Positions 8,335 to 18,014 of a DNA stretch of 64,000 nt are shown one piece after another. Source of the stretch: a virus. Its lineage: Duplodnaviria; Caudoviricetes. Position 1 is the stretch's first letter. Each line of letters starts with the position of its first letter. The notes below the pieces were generated by a model that saw only the letters and a program-made list of their open reading frames with translations, was not told where the DNA came from and did not search any database. The position numbers were made by a program, and so were the translations under genes. Where the stretch lies: positions 1 to 64,000 of IMG/VR virus record IMGVR_UViG_3300027782_000065; one strand, written 5' to 3'.

Positions 8335-11300
8335 TTATTTATCCGATAATTTTTGCTCAAGTTTTTCAACTTTATCTGCAAGTTCTTTAATTGCCTCAAT
8401 TAGGAGAGGAACAATCTTTTCATACTTAACAGTCAGATATTCTGAACTTGCTGGAGCAGGACAAACTGCTTCTGGAAGAACTGCCTGGATTTGTTGTGCA
8501 GAAACACCTACGTGAGTTATTTCTGTATTAAATCCCAAAGATTCGCCAATTTGATTAAAGTTATATGTAAATCCACTTAAACTCAGAACTTTTTCTAGAG
8601 CATTTTCAAGGGGTTTAATGTTTGTTTTAAGTCTTTCATCTGAAGCAAATGCAACGAGGTCCCCAGTAACTGACAAATCATTAGTGCTAGAATTGAAATA
8701 AATTCCAGCATCTTTATAAACATTTTGATTTCCAGTAGAATCAGGTATTAATGCAATTTTATATGTTGTAGCACCATCAGAATCAGATACATTAATCGTA
8801 GATGCACTAGTAGCATTGCCACTCAATGCACCATTGAATGTTGTGGCATACATATTTGCCCATTTAATCGCATTAGTACCAACAGTTCCAGTATTAGTGA
8901 CACCTGATGGTATAATTTCAGGAGATGCTACTTTAGTACCAACCCAAAGTTGTTTAGCAATTGCAGCACCACCTAAAGTTCTGATAGATGCAGAACTTGT
9001 GGATGCTGTTGCATCCGTATCACTATTAAATGAACTTATTCCAGTTACGGATAAAGTACTACTAAAGGTTATGCCGTTGGTAACAGACAATATGCCAGAA
9101 ATAATGGTGTCACCAGTTTCAGATGAAACAGTAAATTTATTTGTTGAGGAATTATTCTGAATTGCAAATGTTTTGCTAGATCCTTTAATTGTAACATTAT
9201 CATTAAAAGTTGCTGCCCCAGTTACTTTTAGAATATCATTTATATTGGTAGTACCACTAGTTGAATCTAGTGTTAGTTCTCCAGATGCTGTATCAATTGT
9301 TCCATTACCAGTATCTCCAATTCGAATCTCGTCAATATATGCGGCAGAGAACTTTTGAGTAGTTGATCCAAGAGTTGCATTGTTACCTGTTGTAGTATCA
9401 TAAGGTAATAAATTACCCTGAACTGTCGTAACTCCAACTACATAAGTGTTTCTACTTACTTCTAGATCATTAAGAACATCAACTTTTTTTGTAAATGCAT
9501 CAAGTTTTAAATCTCCACCTCTAGTATCAATAGTTGTGGTTCCACCTGCACCTGCAGCTGCACCTATTTGAACTCCAGAAATATAAGCTTTTTCAAATGC
9601 ATTATTTGATTGACCTAAGTAAGCACCTACATCAGCATCAGGAACAAGACCAGTTTCAACAGTTGCAATACCAACCAGATAAGTGTTTCTACTTACTTCT
9701 AGATCATTAAGAACATCAACTTTTTTTGTAAATGCATCAAGTTTTAGATCTCCACTTCTAGTAGTAACAGTATTATCAGAAGCACCTATAACAATCTCAT
9801 CAATATATGCCTCAGAGAATGATTTAGTGGAAGTTCCTAGGTAAGAAGTTTCATCAGTATTAGGAACAAGACCAGTTTCAACAGTTGCGATTCCAACCAG
9901 ATAAGTGTTTCTACTTACTTCTAGATCATTAAGAACATCAACTTTGTTTGTGAATGCATCAAGTTTTAAGTCTCCACCTCTCGTATCAATAGTTGTGGTT
10001 CCTCCTACGCCGATTCTAACTCCATCAATATATGCTTCAGAGAATGATTTAGTGGAAGTTCCTAAGTATGCATCGACATCATTATCAGGAACAAGACCAG
10101 TTTGAACAGTTGCAATACCAGTTAGATAAGTATTAGTCTTAACAAGAAGATCCAATCCAACTTGTAGATTATCAGTTACTGATGTAATTCCAGTTTTAGA
10201 TTTGAGAACAAGATTTCCGGTTAAACCTTCAATTGTTCTGTCCTGAACTTCAGTTCCTCCAGGAACTCCTTCAGTTGCAATTCCAATACCACCAATCCAA
10301 GATGATGCCCATGGTTTAGATGCAGAACCGATATAAGCATCTTCTATAGAATCTGGTACAAGACCACTATTAAATGATACTTCACCATTAAAAGTTGTAA
10401 CACCAGTAATATTTAAATTGCCACCAATATTAACACTCTTAGCAATTCCAAATCCACCTTTTGAAACTACAGAACCAGTTGTTGCAGAAGTGGAATCTGT
10501 TTGATTATTGAGTTTAACAATATTTGATGAAATTAATTCACCATTAATTTTTGTCTGCTCATTATTAACAATAATATTTTGGTTAAAGGTTACTGGTCCA
10601 TCAAATTGAGATAGAATCTGCTTTGATTTACCACCTTCAACTAGAATTCTTTCTTTAACAACAACTTCATCAAATGATACACTCAATCTTGAAGGATTTT
10701 GTCCAGTAATTGTTGGAATTGGAATGTCAAAAGTTGTTTGAGTTCCGCTAGTTGCCGAATATTTGGTGTTTCCAATGAAAAAATCACCATTACTATTCAT
10801 ACCAGTATATAATGCCGATCCACCAGATCTCTCTTGAGACTGTACGAGAAAATCTTCTCTTTCGGTAAGACTTTTGACTTGAATTTGTGGTAATGCTGTC
10901 GAATAGTTACCAGGACCATATCCAAGATATTCAAATGTATGACCAGATGCTCTTAGAATAGAAGGTCTTCTTAATTCAATTGGAATTAATGAAATCTTTT
11001 TAATAATTGATCCAGAATTGTGATTTTCTTTTGAGGTTCCAAAATAACCTCTAAGTGCTGAAATTTTATTATCTCCAGTCAAGGTACTACTGGAGATTCT
11101 TAAAATCTCATTATCAATTTGAATATAAGATCCCAAGGGGAATCTTGTTAAAGTTGAAATTCCACTATTCGGAATTGAAATTGCAAATAATGTAGTATCT
11201 GATGAATCAGTTGTAACGTTTTCTCCAAGAATTGCATATTCATTATCATAGAAATAAATTCCCCTAGATCCTAGATTCTCGAATCCAGAATCTGAAGTTA

Positions 11301-14300
11301 AATCATTTGAACTAAATCCATGCTTTAGAATTCTTACAGGTGATGATATGGTTTGATTTGTGGTTGCCGTAAATGATGTAATACCCAGAACATCCTTAAC
11401 AACAAAATCTCCTTGATTATTAGATTGTGATGCGCTGTCTGCAACAACTCTAAACTTATTGCCAGAAAGCAATCCATGTCCTGCTGAGAAGATGAACGTG
11501 CTAATTCCAGATGAAGAATTTTGAATACTTGAAGTAACTACTGATGGTCCAACATTAAAGATATATTGTCCAGTTTTAATTGTCGGATCACCAGATGTTC
11601 TTGCAATTGCAATTTGATTCTTAGAAGGAACACTAGTAATTCTATAGAGACCATCATCCACAGATCCATCACCAGTAATTTGAATAACATTCCCCACTGA
11701 AGATGAGATTGCATTGGTTGCAACTGTAATAGTGGATCCAGAAAATCCTTCAAGTTTTAGTACATCACCATTCACATATCCAGATCCACCATCACTAATT
11801 GATACTGACGATACCTTTCCACCAGAAACTATAACAGTTGCGGATGCACCATTCCAAGTATTGTCGGAATTTAACAATCTAACATTATAGTAAGTTCCAT
11901 TAGTACCAGTACTGAAATTAGTTGCTCCGTATCCAACAATACCATTTAGACCGTGCTCCAGTCCAAGAGTAATTGTTGAAATTCCGGCAGAAATTGCCGT
12001 AACACTAGAAATTGTTATGCCCAAACCAACTTTTTTAATTAAAGTATCCAGAGTTTCTCTGGTAATACTCTTTTTCAAATCGTTAGTTACAACTTCACCT
12101 AGTGGAGATACTTTAGCATAAGAAATTGCAGTCTTTGCATTATCATTTAAATTATCTCTATCTAATTGTGGATATAAATCTACAACATTTTGATTATACT
12201 TATAGTTGATAAAGTGATTGGGTACTGCAACATCAGATTTTAAAATATATGAATGATAAACGCCGTCTTGAACATTCTCAATATATGGTTTAATTATTTC
12301 AGTTCTGTAAATATAAGGATTTGATTGTAAATCATTTCTTTCAAATCTTGGCAATTCAATATCTCTTGATACTGGAGAAGAAAAGATACCAACATTATGA
12401 GATACTCTATTGTTATCAGTTGTCGAATATGTAAATGTTTTACTATTTGGAGTTGTTACAACGGTAAAATCTCCATTATATGCTGTTAAACCAATTCCAG
12501 ATATATTTGTTGAAGACTTAACATTCCTAATAAAAATCCTATCTCCAATATTAAGATGGTGTGGTTTTTCGGCAATTACCGTAACTGTTCCACTAGTTTC
12601 ACTACAAGTACTAATAAATCTTGGATTTCTTTGATAATCAAAGTTATTTCTTGTAATAGATGGAAGGGTAAATTCTGAACTATTTACTGGTCCAGTTCTA
12701 CTACTTTCTTGAACAATAAATCCTTCCGTCAAATCCTTAGAATTTGGAGATTCTTTAGGAATTGAAATTCGGAATTTAAAGATTTTTTCATCTAAACTTC
12801 TGTTATCAGCAATTCTCTTGATATAACCAACATCTGTTCTGGGCTCACCAAATCCAGCAACTCCAAGTTCCGCAATTTTATTGTAAATACCATTATTTAA
12901 TTCGACATGAACAAACCAATTTGAATTATTTGGGTCATATTGAATTGATGATCCAAGTTCTCCAGTTTCCTTATCTGAAACTCTACTTAAGATTTTAAGT
13001 TGAGTTCCACCATAAATTATAATACCAATTCCATTTACTGCGTTTGTAAATGAAGATGCAATTTTTATATTATTGCCGTCTTTAATTGCATAATACGTTT
13101 GATTTGGATTAATATTTTCTGGCAAATCACCAATTTCACTTATGATTATAATTTTCTCACCTGTCTGAATATTGTGATTTACTCCCAATCCCAAAGTATC
13201 ATAATTTGGTGCAGATGTAGAAGTAATAACAGAAAATTCTTTATAAGATGAATTTGTTCCTTCTGATACTGGGGTTGTGGAATTTACCACATTATCAGTC
13301 ATAAAGATCTTTGTACTTACAGTAGTTCTATCTGGCAAATCCAAATAAAGAACATCATTCTGTCTTGCACCTACTCTATATCCCTGAATAAGTGATGGTG
13401 GAATATTATCTGCAGTGTTAAATCCAAATAAGTAAAGATGACTAGAAATTCCAACATTGATTGTTTTTTGAACATCAAATGAAATCCAATCAACATCTTG
13501 TTCTATTGGTTGAACGTGTTTTGGTGCAATAACTGATGTAATATATGCATAATTATCTTTTAAGAAGGCATCTCTCTTAAATCCTTCCGCAGAAAGTGAA
13601 ATTTGACCAAAGTTTGAGTTAGAGTTGGTAATAGAACCATCACCACCAGATTGTGCATCAAAATGCTTGTTAAATCCAATTGCAAAAACCGAAACAATTT
13701 GAATAAAAGCATCATTTGTAAATTTAATATGACTTGGTTCCCATCCTCTTCTATAAACTGCTCCACTGTCTAGGTGATATACGGTATCACTATTAGTTGA
13801 AGCAGAACCACTAGAAAGTGCTGTTCCAGTTTCTTTTGTATATGGATATGGTCTATAAGTCCTACTGACAGGATCATATTTAACAAATGCACGGTCATCT
13901 TTTTGAAGGGAAACTGCAGTATATTGTGCAACAACCATTGATCGGAAACCTGATGCTTTATTACCATCAGCCCACATTCCGTTCATACCCCAAACTGAAC
14001 GCATTGAACAGTTGAAGATATATGGTGATGCACCTTTAACTGTATCAGTCTCAATAATAACTTCTACGTTTCCACCTGGTTCTGCTGGCGTAGAATTATC
14101 AACTGATGGAAGTAAATATGTAAAAGTTGTTGGAGTCGGAGCAGTCGAAACAACAGTTGTAATATTATATTTTGCAATTCCTGCTCCTTTGATTCTAATT
14201 GGAGTATCAACTGTCAGATTGTGTGGTATTTGTGTAGTGACACGTACAACCGTACTTGGAGTGAATTTATCTCCAGAATAAATTTCCGTAACAGCAATAG

Positions 14301-15186
14301 GATCAGTTGCAAATGCACCTACAATCTCCCATTCAGGTCTTTCTTTTGCAAATCCAGCCGGAAGAAGTGGATATTTTTGTGCCGAAGGAATTTGCCTAGT
14401 TGAACTTTCATTAAATGCATTTGAAAGTTTTGCATAGTACATATCAAGGTCACTTAGACCAGTATCAATACCATTATATGATATGTTATTTACACCATCA
14501 GCATATTCAAATACTGTTAATTTGTGGTGAGAGAATGTTGGAATGGATTGATTTCCACTATCAAGTCCAAAATATTGGGGATGTGTATAGACCGTTTCTG
14601 TCTGAAGAGCATCAAAAATTGAAAACTGCCAGAAGAAACAGTTACCAGTAATTCTAAAGATCGCAGACGGATCAATTGCATCGTCTGTTGGATTTGGAAC
14701 GTACTTTGGTCTAATTTTGGTTTTTCTAAGATCCAAACCAATCAGTGAAGTACCTCTAGGTAAGATAACTCCACCATTTACACTATTAAATTTGTAGAGA
14801 ATATTATCTTCCTGAGTTAAATCAAAATTAGATTGTAAAGATAAATTGAATACGTTTGATGCTGGAGAGGTAATTTCTCCGAATGGTGATATTGCTTCTG
14901 CCAGAGCAGGTCCCGTTTTTACAATTCTAAATCCAGGTCTATTGTCAATTATGTGATCGCCAGGATAAACTAGAATTGTAGTTCTATCATTTTTATCATT
15001 GTTTTCACCAGAAACAAATGAAAATCTTGCTGATTCTAATAATGCTCTCTGAATAGTTTTGAAGGGTTTTGTTAAGGAGTTACCCTGATTCGTAATACTG
15101 TCAGTTGCATCAAGATCGTTTGAATTTACATATAGAATTCTACCTTCATAATTCTTGATAAAATTCTCTAACTTATTAAGAGGCAT
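8335..15186 (-). CDS. giant tail-fibre/baseplate-associated protein with C-terminal peptidase S74 chaperone
   Basis: 2283 aa; N-terminus MPLNKLENFIKN.EGRILYV is cyanomyovirus-like; C-terminus SDERLKTNIKPLENALEKV...YEKIVPLLIEAIKEL is S74-type. Confidence 0.85.
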   Translation of the reverse strand: MPLNKLENFIKNYEGRILYVNSNDLDATDSITNQGNSLTKPFKTIQRALLESARFSFVSGENNDKNDRTTILVYPGDHIIDNRPGFRIVKTGPALAEAISPFGEITSPASNVFNLSLQSNFDLTQEDNILYKFNSVNGGVILPRGTSLIGLDLRKTKIRPKYVPNPTDDAIDPSAIFRITGNCFFWQFSIFDALQTETVYTHPQYFGLDSGNQSIPTFSHHKLTVFEYADGVNNISYNGIDTGLSDLDMYYAKLSNAFNESSTRQIPSAQKYPLLPAGFAKERPEWEIVGAFATDPIAVTEIYSGDKFTPSTVVRVTTQIPHNLTVDTPIRIKGAGIAKYNITTVVSTAPTPTTFTYLLPSVDNSTPAEPGGNVEVIIETDTVKGASPYIFNCSMRSVWGMNGMWADGNKASGFRSMVVAQYTAVSLQKDDRAFVKYDPVSRTYRPYPYTKETGTALSSGSASTNSDTVYHLDSGAVYRRGWEPSHIKFTNDAFIQIVSVFAIGFNKHFDAQSGGDGSITNSNSNFGQISLSAEGFKRDAFLKDNYAYITSVIAPKHVQPIEQDVDWISFDVQKTINVGISSHLYLFGFNTADNIPPSLIQGYRVGARQNDVLYLDLPDRTTVSTKIFMTDNVVNSTTPVSEGTNSSYKEFSVITSTSAPNYDTLGLGVNHNIQTGEKIIIISEIGDLPENINPNQTYYAIKDGNNIKIASSFTNAVNGIGIIIYGGTQLKILSRVSDKETGELGSSIQYDPNNSNWFVHVELNNGIYNKIAELGVAGFGEPRTDVGYIKRIADNRSLDEKIFKFRISIPKESPNSKDLTEGFIVQESSRTGPVNSSEFTLPSITRNNFDYQRNPRFISTCSETSGTVTVIAEKPHHLNIGDRIFIRNVKSSTNISGIGLTAYNGDFTVVTTPNSKTFTYSTTDNNRVSHNVGIFSSPVSRDIELPRFERNDLQSNPYIYRTEIIKPYIENVQDGVYHSYILKSDVAVPNHFINYKYNQNVVDLYPQLDRDNLNDNAKTAISYAKVSPLGEVVTNDLKKSITRETLDTLIKKVGLGITISSVTAISAGISTITLGLEHGLNGIVGYGATNFSTGTNGTYYNVRLLNSDNTWNGASATVIVSGGKVSSVSISDGGSGYVNGDVLKLEGFSGSTITVATNAISSSVGNVIQITGDGSVDDGLYRITSVPSKNQIAIARTSGDPTIKTGQYIFNVGPSVVTSSIQNSSSGISTFIFSAGHGLLSGNKFRVVADSASQSNNQGDFVVKDVLGITSFTATTNQTISSPVRILKHGFSSNDLTSDSGFENLGSRGIYFYDNEYAILGENVTTDSSDTTLFAISIPNSGISTLTRFPLGSYIQIDNEILRISSSTLTGDNKISALRGYFGTSKENHNSGSIIKKISLIPIELRRPSILRASGHTFEYLGYGPGNYSTALPQIQVKSLTEREDFLVQSQERSGGSALYTGMNSNGDFFIGNTKYSATSGTQTTFDIPIPTITGQNPSRLSVSFDEVVVKERILVEGGKSKQILSQFDGPVTFNQNIIVNNEQTKINGELISSNIVKLNNQTDSTSATTGSVVSKGGFGIAKSVNIGGNLNITGVTTFNGEVSFNSGLVPDSIEDAYIGSASKPWASSWIGGIGIATEGVPGGTEVQDRTIEGLTGNLVLKSKTGITSVTDNLQVGLDLLVKTNTYLTGIATVQTGLVPDNDVDAYLGTSTKSFSEAYIDGVRIGVGGTTTIDTRGGDLKLDAFTNKVDVLNDLEVSRNTYLVGIATVETGLVPNTDETSYLGTSTKSFSEAYIDEIVIGASDNTVTTRSGDLKLDAFTKKVDVLNDLEVSRNTYLVGIATVETGLVPDADVGAYLGQSNNAFEKAYISGVQIGAAAGAGGTTTIDTRGGDLKLDAFTKKVDVLNDLEVSRNTYVVGVTTVQGNLLPYDTTTGNNATLGSTTQKFSAAYIDEIRIGDTGNGTIDTASGELTLDSTSGTTNINDILKVTGAATFNDNVTIKGSSKTFAIQNNSSTNKFTVSSETGDTIISGILSVTNGITFSSTLSVTGISSFNSDTDATASTSSASIRTLGGAAIAKQLWVGTKVASPEIIPSGVTNTGTVGTNAIKWANMYATTFNGALSGNATSASTINVSDSDGATTYKIALIPDSTGNQNVYKDAGIYFNSSTNDLSVTGDLVAFASDERLKTNIKPLENALEKVLSLSGFTYNFNQIGESLGFNTEITHVGVSAQQIQAVLPEAVCPAPASSEYLTVKYEKIVPLLIEAIKELADKVEKLEQKLSDK

Positions 15187-15218
15187 CGGATTATATTGAC
15201 CAAAATAAATCTATGCTT

Positions 15219-15225
15219 TATTTAG
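15219..15225 (-). promoter_or_regulatory. T4-type late promoter (CTAAATA variant)
   Basis: CTAAATA about 33 nt upstream of the giant fibre start. Confidence 0.55.
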
Positions 15226-15524
15226 CTGCTCAAATCTTCCTCATTAAACTCCATAATGTCTTCTGGTAGGTCTTGTGGATTCTCTAAATCCATCTCAAAT
15301 AACAATGGATGTGCCTCTTCATCTATTAAGTAGAAAGAGTTTTTAAATAAATCTTCTGGTTCAAATGATCTTTGTTTATCTGCTAATTTGCATAGGTCTT
15401 GATCATATAAGTGCCCTTCTGGTAGTTCATCAAATGTAAATGGAATTTGATTGATAAAATACATCTTAACAATCATTGTGCCTTCATTATACCAGCAGTA
15501 TGCTTGACTGATTTGATAAGACAT
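15222..15524 (-). CDS. acidic hypothetical protein
   Basis: 100-aa ORF with phage-like codon use, co-oriented with neighbours. Confidence 0.7.
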   Translation of the reverse strand: MSYQISQAYCWYNEGTMIVKMYFINQIPFTFDELPEGHLYDQDLCKLADKQRSFEPEDLFKNSFYLIDEEAHPLLFEMDLENPQDLPEDIMEFNEEDLSS

Positions 15525-15555
15525 TTGAGTGTTTCAATATCTTATATTTATTTTA

Positions 15556-15628
15556 TAGGCGTGAGTGGATTCGAACCACCGCTGGAGGACTTTTAAGGTC
15601 CCTGTCTCTTCCGCTGGACTACACGCCC
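15556..15628 (-). tRNA. tRNA-Leu(UAA)
   Basis: Acceptor stem GGGCGTG/CACGCCT, anticodon arm GGGAC-CTTAAAA-GTCCT, T-loop TTCGAAT, discriminator A; short variable loop. Confidence 0.85.
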
Positions 15629-15640
15629 GTGTATAAGACT

Positions 15641-15669
15641 ATTATAACTCTAAGAATCATAATAGTCAA
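15641..15669 (-). promoter_or_regulatory. sigma70-type promoter for tRNA-Leu
   Basis: TTGACT-17 nt-TATAAT, embedded in the inverted repeat GACTATTA/TAATAGTC. Confidence 0.7.
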
Positions 15670-15742
15670 TGCTCGTTGTCGGTTACGATCCGACCTGTGC
15701 CGATTTATGAGATCGGTGCTTTCACCAGATAGCTAAACGAGC
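15670..15742 (-). tRNA. tRNA with CAU anticodon (elongator Met or Ile2)
   Basis: Acceptor stem GCTCGTT/AACGAGC, anticodon arm CCGAT-CTCATAA-ATCGG; the G1-C72 pair argues against initiator; atypical T-loop ATCGTAA. Confidence 0.8.
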
Positions 15743-15748
15743 ATAAGG

Positions 15749-15819
15749 TACGAATACTGGGAATTGAACCCAGACCAACCCGTTATAAGCAGGCCGCTCT
15801 ACCATTAAGCTATACTCGC
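15749..15819 (-). tRNA. tRNA-Ile(UAU)
   Basis: 71-nt cloverleaf, anticodon arm GCCTG-CTTATAA-CGGGT, T-arm CTGGG-TTCAATT-CCCAG. Confidence 0.8.
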
Positions 15820-15836
15820 ATAAAAAACTCAGAATA

Positions 15837-16010
15837 TTACTGAGCTTCGTTATTCTCCTCGGTGTGTATTCGTATAAGGTCGTCATCTGCGGGCATCATC
15901 ACTGCTGCCTGCCCGTCTTCGTTGACGATACCAAAATGTTCTCCATTTTCAACTCGTTCCATAAGTTCGTCAAATCTTTCCTGAAACTCTTCTACTGTAA
16001 AAATTTCCAT
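15837..16010 (-). CDS. Phd/YefM-like small protein (57 aa, not in the ORF track)
   Basis: Manual translation MEIFTVEEFQERFDELMERVENGEHFGIVNEDGQAAVMMP...; fits the Phd pattern (t..e.r.n...l...v..Ge...I...G...V..P). Confidence 0.6.
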   Translation of the reverse strand: MEIFTVEEFQERFDELMERVENGEHFGIVNEDGQAAVMMPADDDLIRIHTEENNEAQ

Positions 16011-16013
16011 TTG

Positions 16014-16190
16014 TCAAAGGGGGTTGGAATATTCAAGTTCGCCATGAAGTTCTGCAAGTTTGGCAGTTGCAAGGGACTCTACACAAGTCCAGAATATCTC
16101 ACCACTCACCACTTCTTGCGAACAATAGAATTCGGCAGTGTCTTCAATCAGATCAGTAAGAGCATTAAGTTGATCGTGGGTCAAAATCAT
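16014..16190 (-). CDS. small hypothetical early protein (58 aa, not in the ORF track)
   Basis: Manual translation MILTHDQLNALTDLIEDTAEFYCSQEVVSGEIFWTCVESLATAKLAELHGELEYSNPL*; directly after a consensus promoter. Confidence 0.7.
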   Translation of the reverse strand: MILTHDQLNALTDLIEDTAEFYCSQEVVSGEIFWTCVESLATAKLAELHGELEYSNPL

Positions 16191-16213
16191 GTTGGTTGGT
16201 TGATTACCTGACT

Positions 16214-16267
16214 ATTATAAGGCATCTGGAGGCACCTGTCAAGGGGTTTGTGCCAGTTCATCAAGTG
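16214..16267 (-). promoter_or_regulatory. consensus sigma70 early promoter plus upstream motif
   Basis: TTGACA(16237-16242)-17 nt-TATAAT(16214-16219); GTGCCAGTT-N4-AAGTG at 16250-16267. Confidence 0.85.
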
Positions 16268-17964
16268 TAACGTGCAGATTGAGCATTGTAATTTTTCAAT
16301 ACTTCCTCATCACTAAGTGCTTTACTGTACATTCTAATAACAGAAATTTTTCCAGGAAAATATTTTTGAATATATGTGGATGTACAGAATCCAATTCTCA
16401 TTTGAGTAGTACTTACAACACCAGTAACACTGAGATCAGATATGTTGGAAGTATTATCCAAGGATCCATTAATATAGATACGATTATTATTTCCAACTTC
16501 TCTGGAACATACAACGTGATACCAAGTATCTAAACTCAAATTACTAGAATTTACTAAACTACCATTACCTCTGGAACCAAAGTTAAGTCTAATTCCACTT
16601 GGTTTATAAATTTGAAGACCAATACCGGCAGTTGAGGTTATTCCAACAATACTTGCACCACCAGTATTAACATTTGAAGTTAATGTTGAATCATCAGTTA
16701 CTTTAAACCACGATTCAATTGTATAAGATACATTTCCATCCGTAATTCCGGTATTGTCATTAATATAAGTCTTATTCAAATCAAAATATTTGTCAAAATA
16801 CTTACCTGTGAATGAATATTGATTAAACCATACTGAAGGACCATCTGCCAAATCAATAGTTGGATTTTCAGTGGATGGAATAGCATTTACGGCATCTTTA
16901 GAAATGCTTACCCAACTCGTAACCTTATCAATACCTGTTGTATTTTCTACACTATGTTCAAGTGAATATTCTTTTGTTGAATCAAAATACATGAATAAGT
17001 TATCCAAAACAATATCATCAACAAACGAAGAAACATTTGATATTGCATTTGATAATGTTGTCTTTCTTCTTTCTATTTCTATATTAGTTCTATTTCTTCC
17101 ACGTTGCTTGATTTCTTCTAAAGTCTTATCTTCCTTTATAATGTTGCAAGCATCTAATTGTTTATTTCTAAGTTTTCTCAATTCACCAATTTCCAGTGCA
17201 AGATTTAAAATAGTATTTGCATAAGCAACACATGCCGGTACTGTTGGATCATCCACCTCAACATAATTTCCAACAGAAGATCCTGCATTATCATTTACAA
17301 TACTTTCCTTACCGGCACCAAAATTTGATGGAGTTAATGTATATGTTGTGGATCGGAAAGGATTGGCATTGTCATTATAATTTTTGAGATTATTGAATAC
17401 ATTCACACTTAATGCATCTTCATATATTGTTGCCGTTGATATTATACCACCGAATATAATATCCCCAAAGCGAACTGCTTGTCCATATCCAACAACAACT
17501 CCATTAATACTAAATGGTTGTGGTTCTGGATCAGGATCACCAAAATTTAAACTTGTTTCAAATGGTAAATCAATAGTAGAACATCCTGCACCAACTGCCG
17601 CAGATACGGTATCTAAAATCAATTGCTTTTTTTGATTTATTTGAACATTATAATTGTACATATCAGTATCATAAACCGCAGCATAATCAGTATAGTCCTG
17701 GACAACCTGATCGGAGTTTTTTTGATAATCGGATATAATTTTAAGAGGATTTTTAATTGGATCAATTTCTGTGATGTGATTCTCCCTCCACATACCATCA
17801 CGTCCCTGAACAACCTGCCTTCTTGTTACACTTTCTGGAAGAACAGTACCGTTAAGATCACTACCTTCTACACCATATTCATTGCATTTGGTTAATTCAT
17901 CCGTAAGAAATTGTGTTATTTTATATGCGGCAACTTCTTGTCTATTTTGTCCATCCATATTCAT
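16261..17964 (-). CDS. virion protein with C-terminal LamG/concanavalin-like domain
   Basis: YTIESWFK...WYHVVCSR...IYINGSL...GKISVIRMYSKALSDEEVLKNYNA. Confidence 0.85.
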   Translation of the reverse strand: MNMDGQNRQEVAAYKITQFLTDELTKCNEYGVEGSDLNGTVLPESVTRRQVVQGRDGMWRENHITEIDPIKNPLKIISDYQKNSDQVVQDYTDYAAVYDTDMYNYNVQINQKKQLILDTVSAAVGAGCSTIDLPFETSLNFGDPDPEPQPFSINGVVVGYGQAVRFGDIIFGGIISTATIYEDALSVNVFNNLKNYNDNANPFRSTTYTLTPSNFGAGKESIVNDNAGSSVGNYVEVDDPTVPACVAYANTILNLALEIGELRKLRNKQLDACNIIKEDKTLEEIKQRGRNRTNIEIERRKTTLSNAISNVSSFVDDIVLDNLFMYFDSTKEYSLEHSVENTTGIDKVTSWVSISKDAVNAIPSTENPTIDLADGPSVWFNQYSFTGKYFDKYFDLNKTYINDNTGITDGNVSYTIESWFKVTDDSTLTSNVNTGGASIVGITSTAGIGLQIYKPSGIRLNFGSRGNGSLVNSSNLSLDTWYHVVCSREVGNNNRIYINGSLDNTSNISDLSVTGVVSTTQMRIGFCTSTYIQKYFPGKISVIRMYSKALSDEEVLKNYNAQSARYT

Positions 17965-18014
17965 ACTTAATCATAATTGATAGAATATCTATAAGAGTTA
18001 TAGTGAATTAAGTT

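Noticed and set aside
15864-16211. 115-aa plus-strand ORF
   Set aside because: It is antisense to two small minus-strand genes that have a consensus promoter
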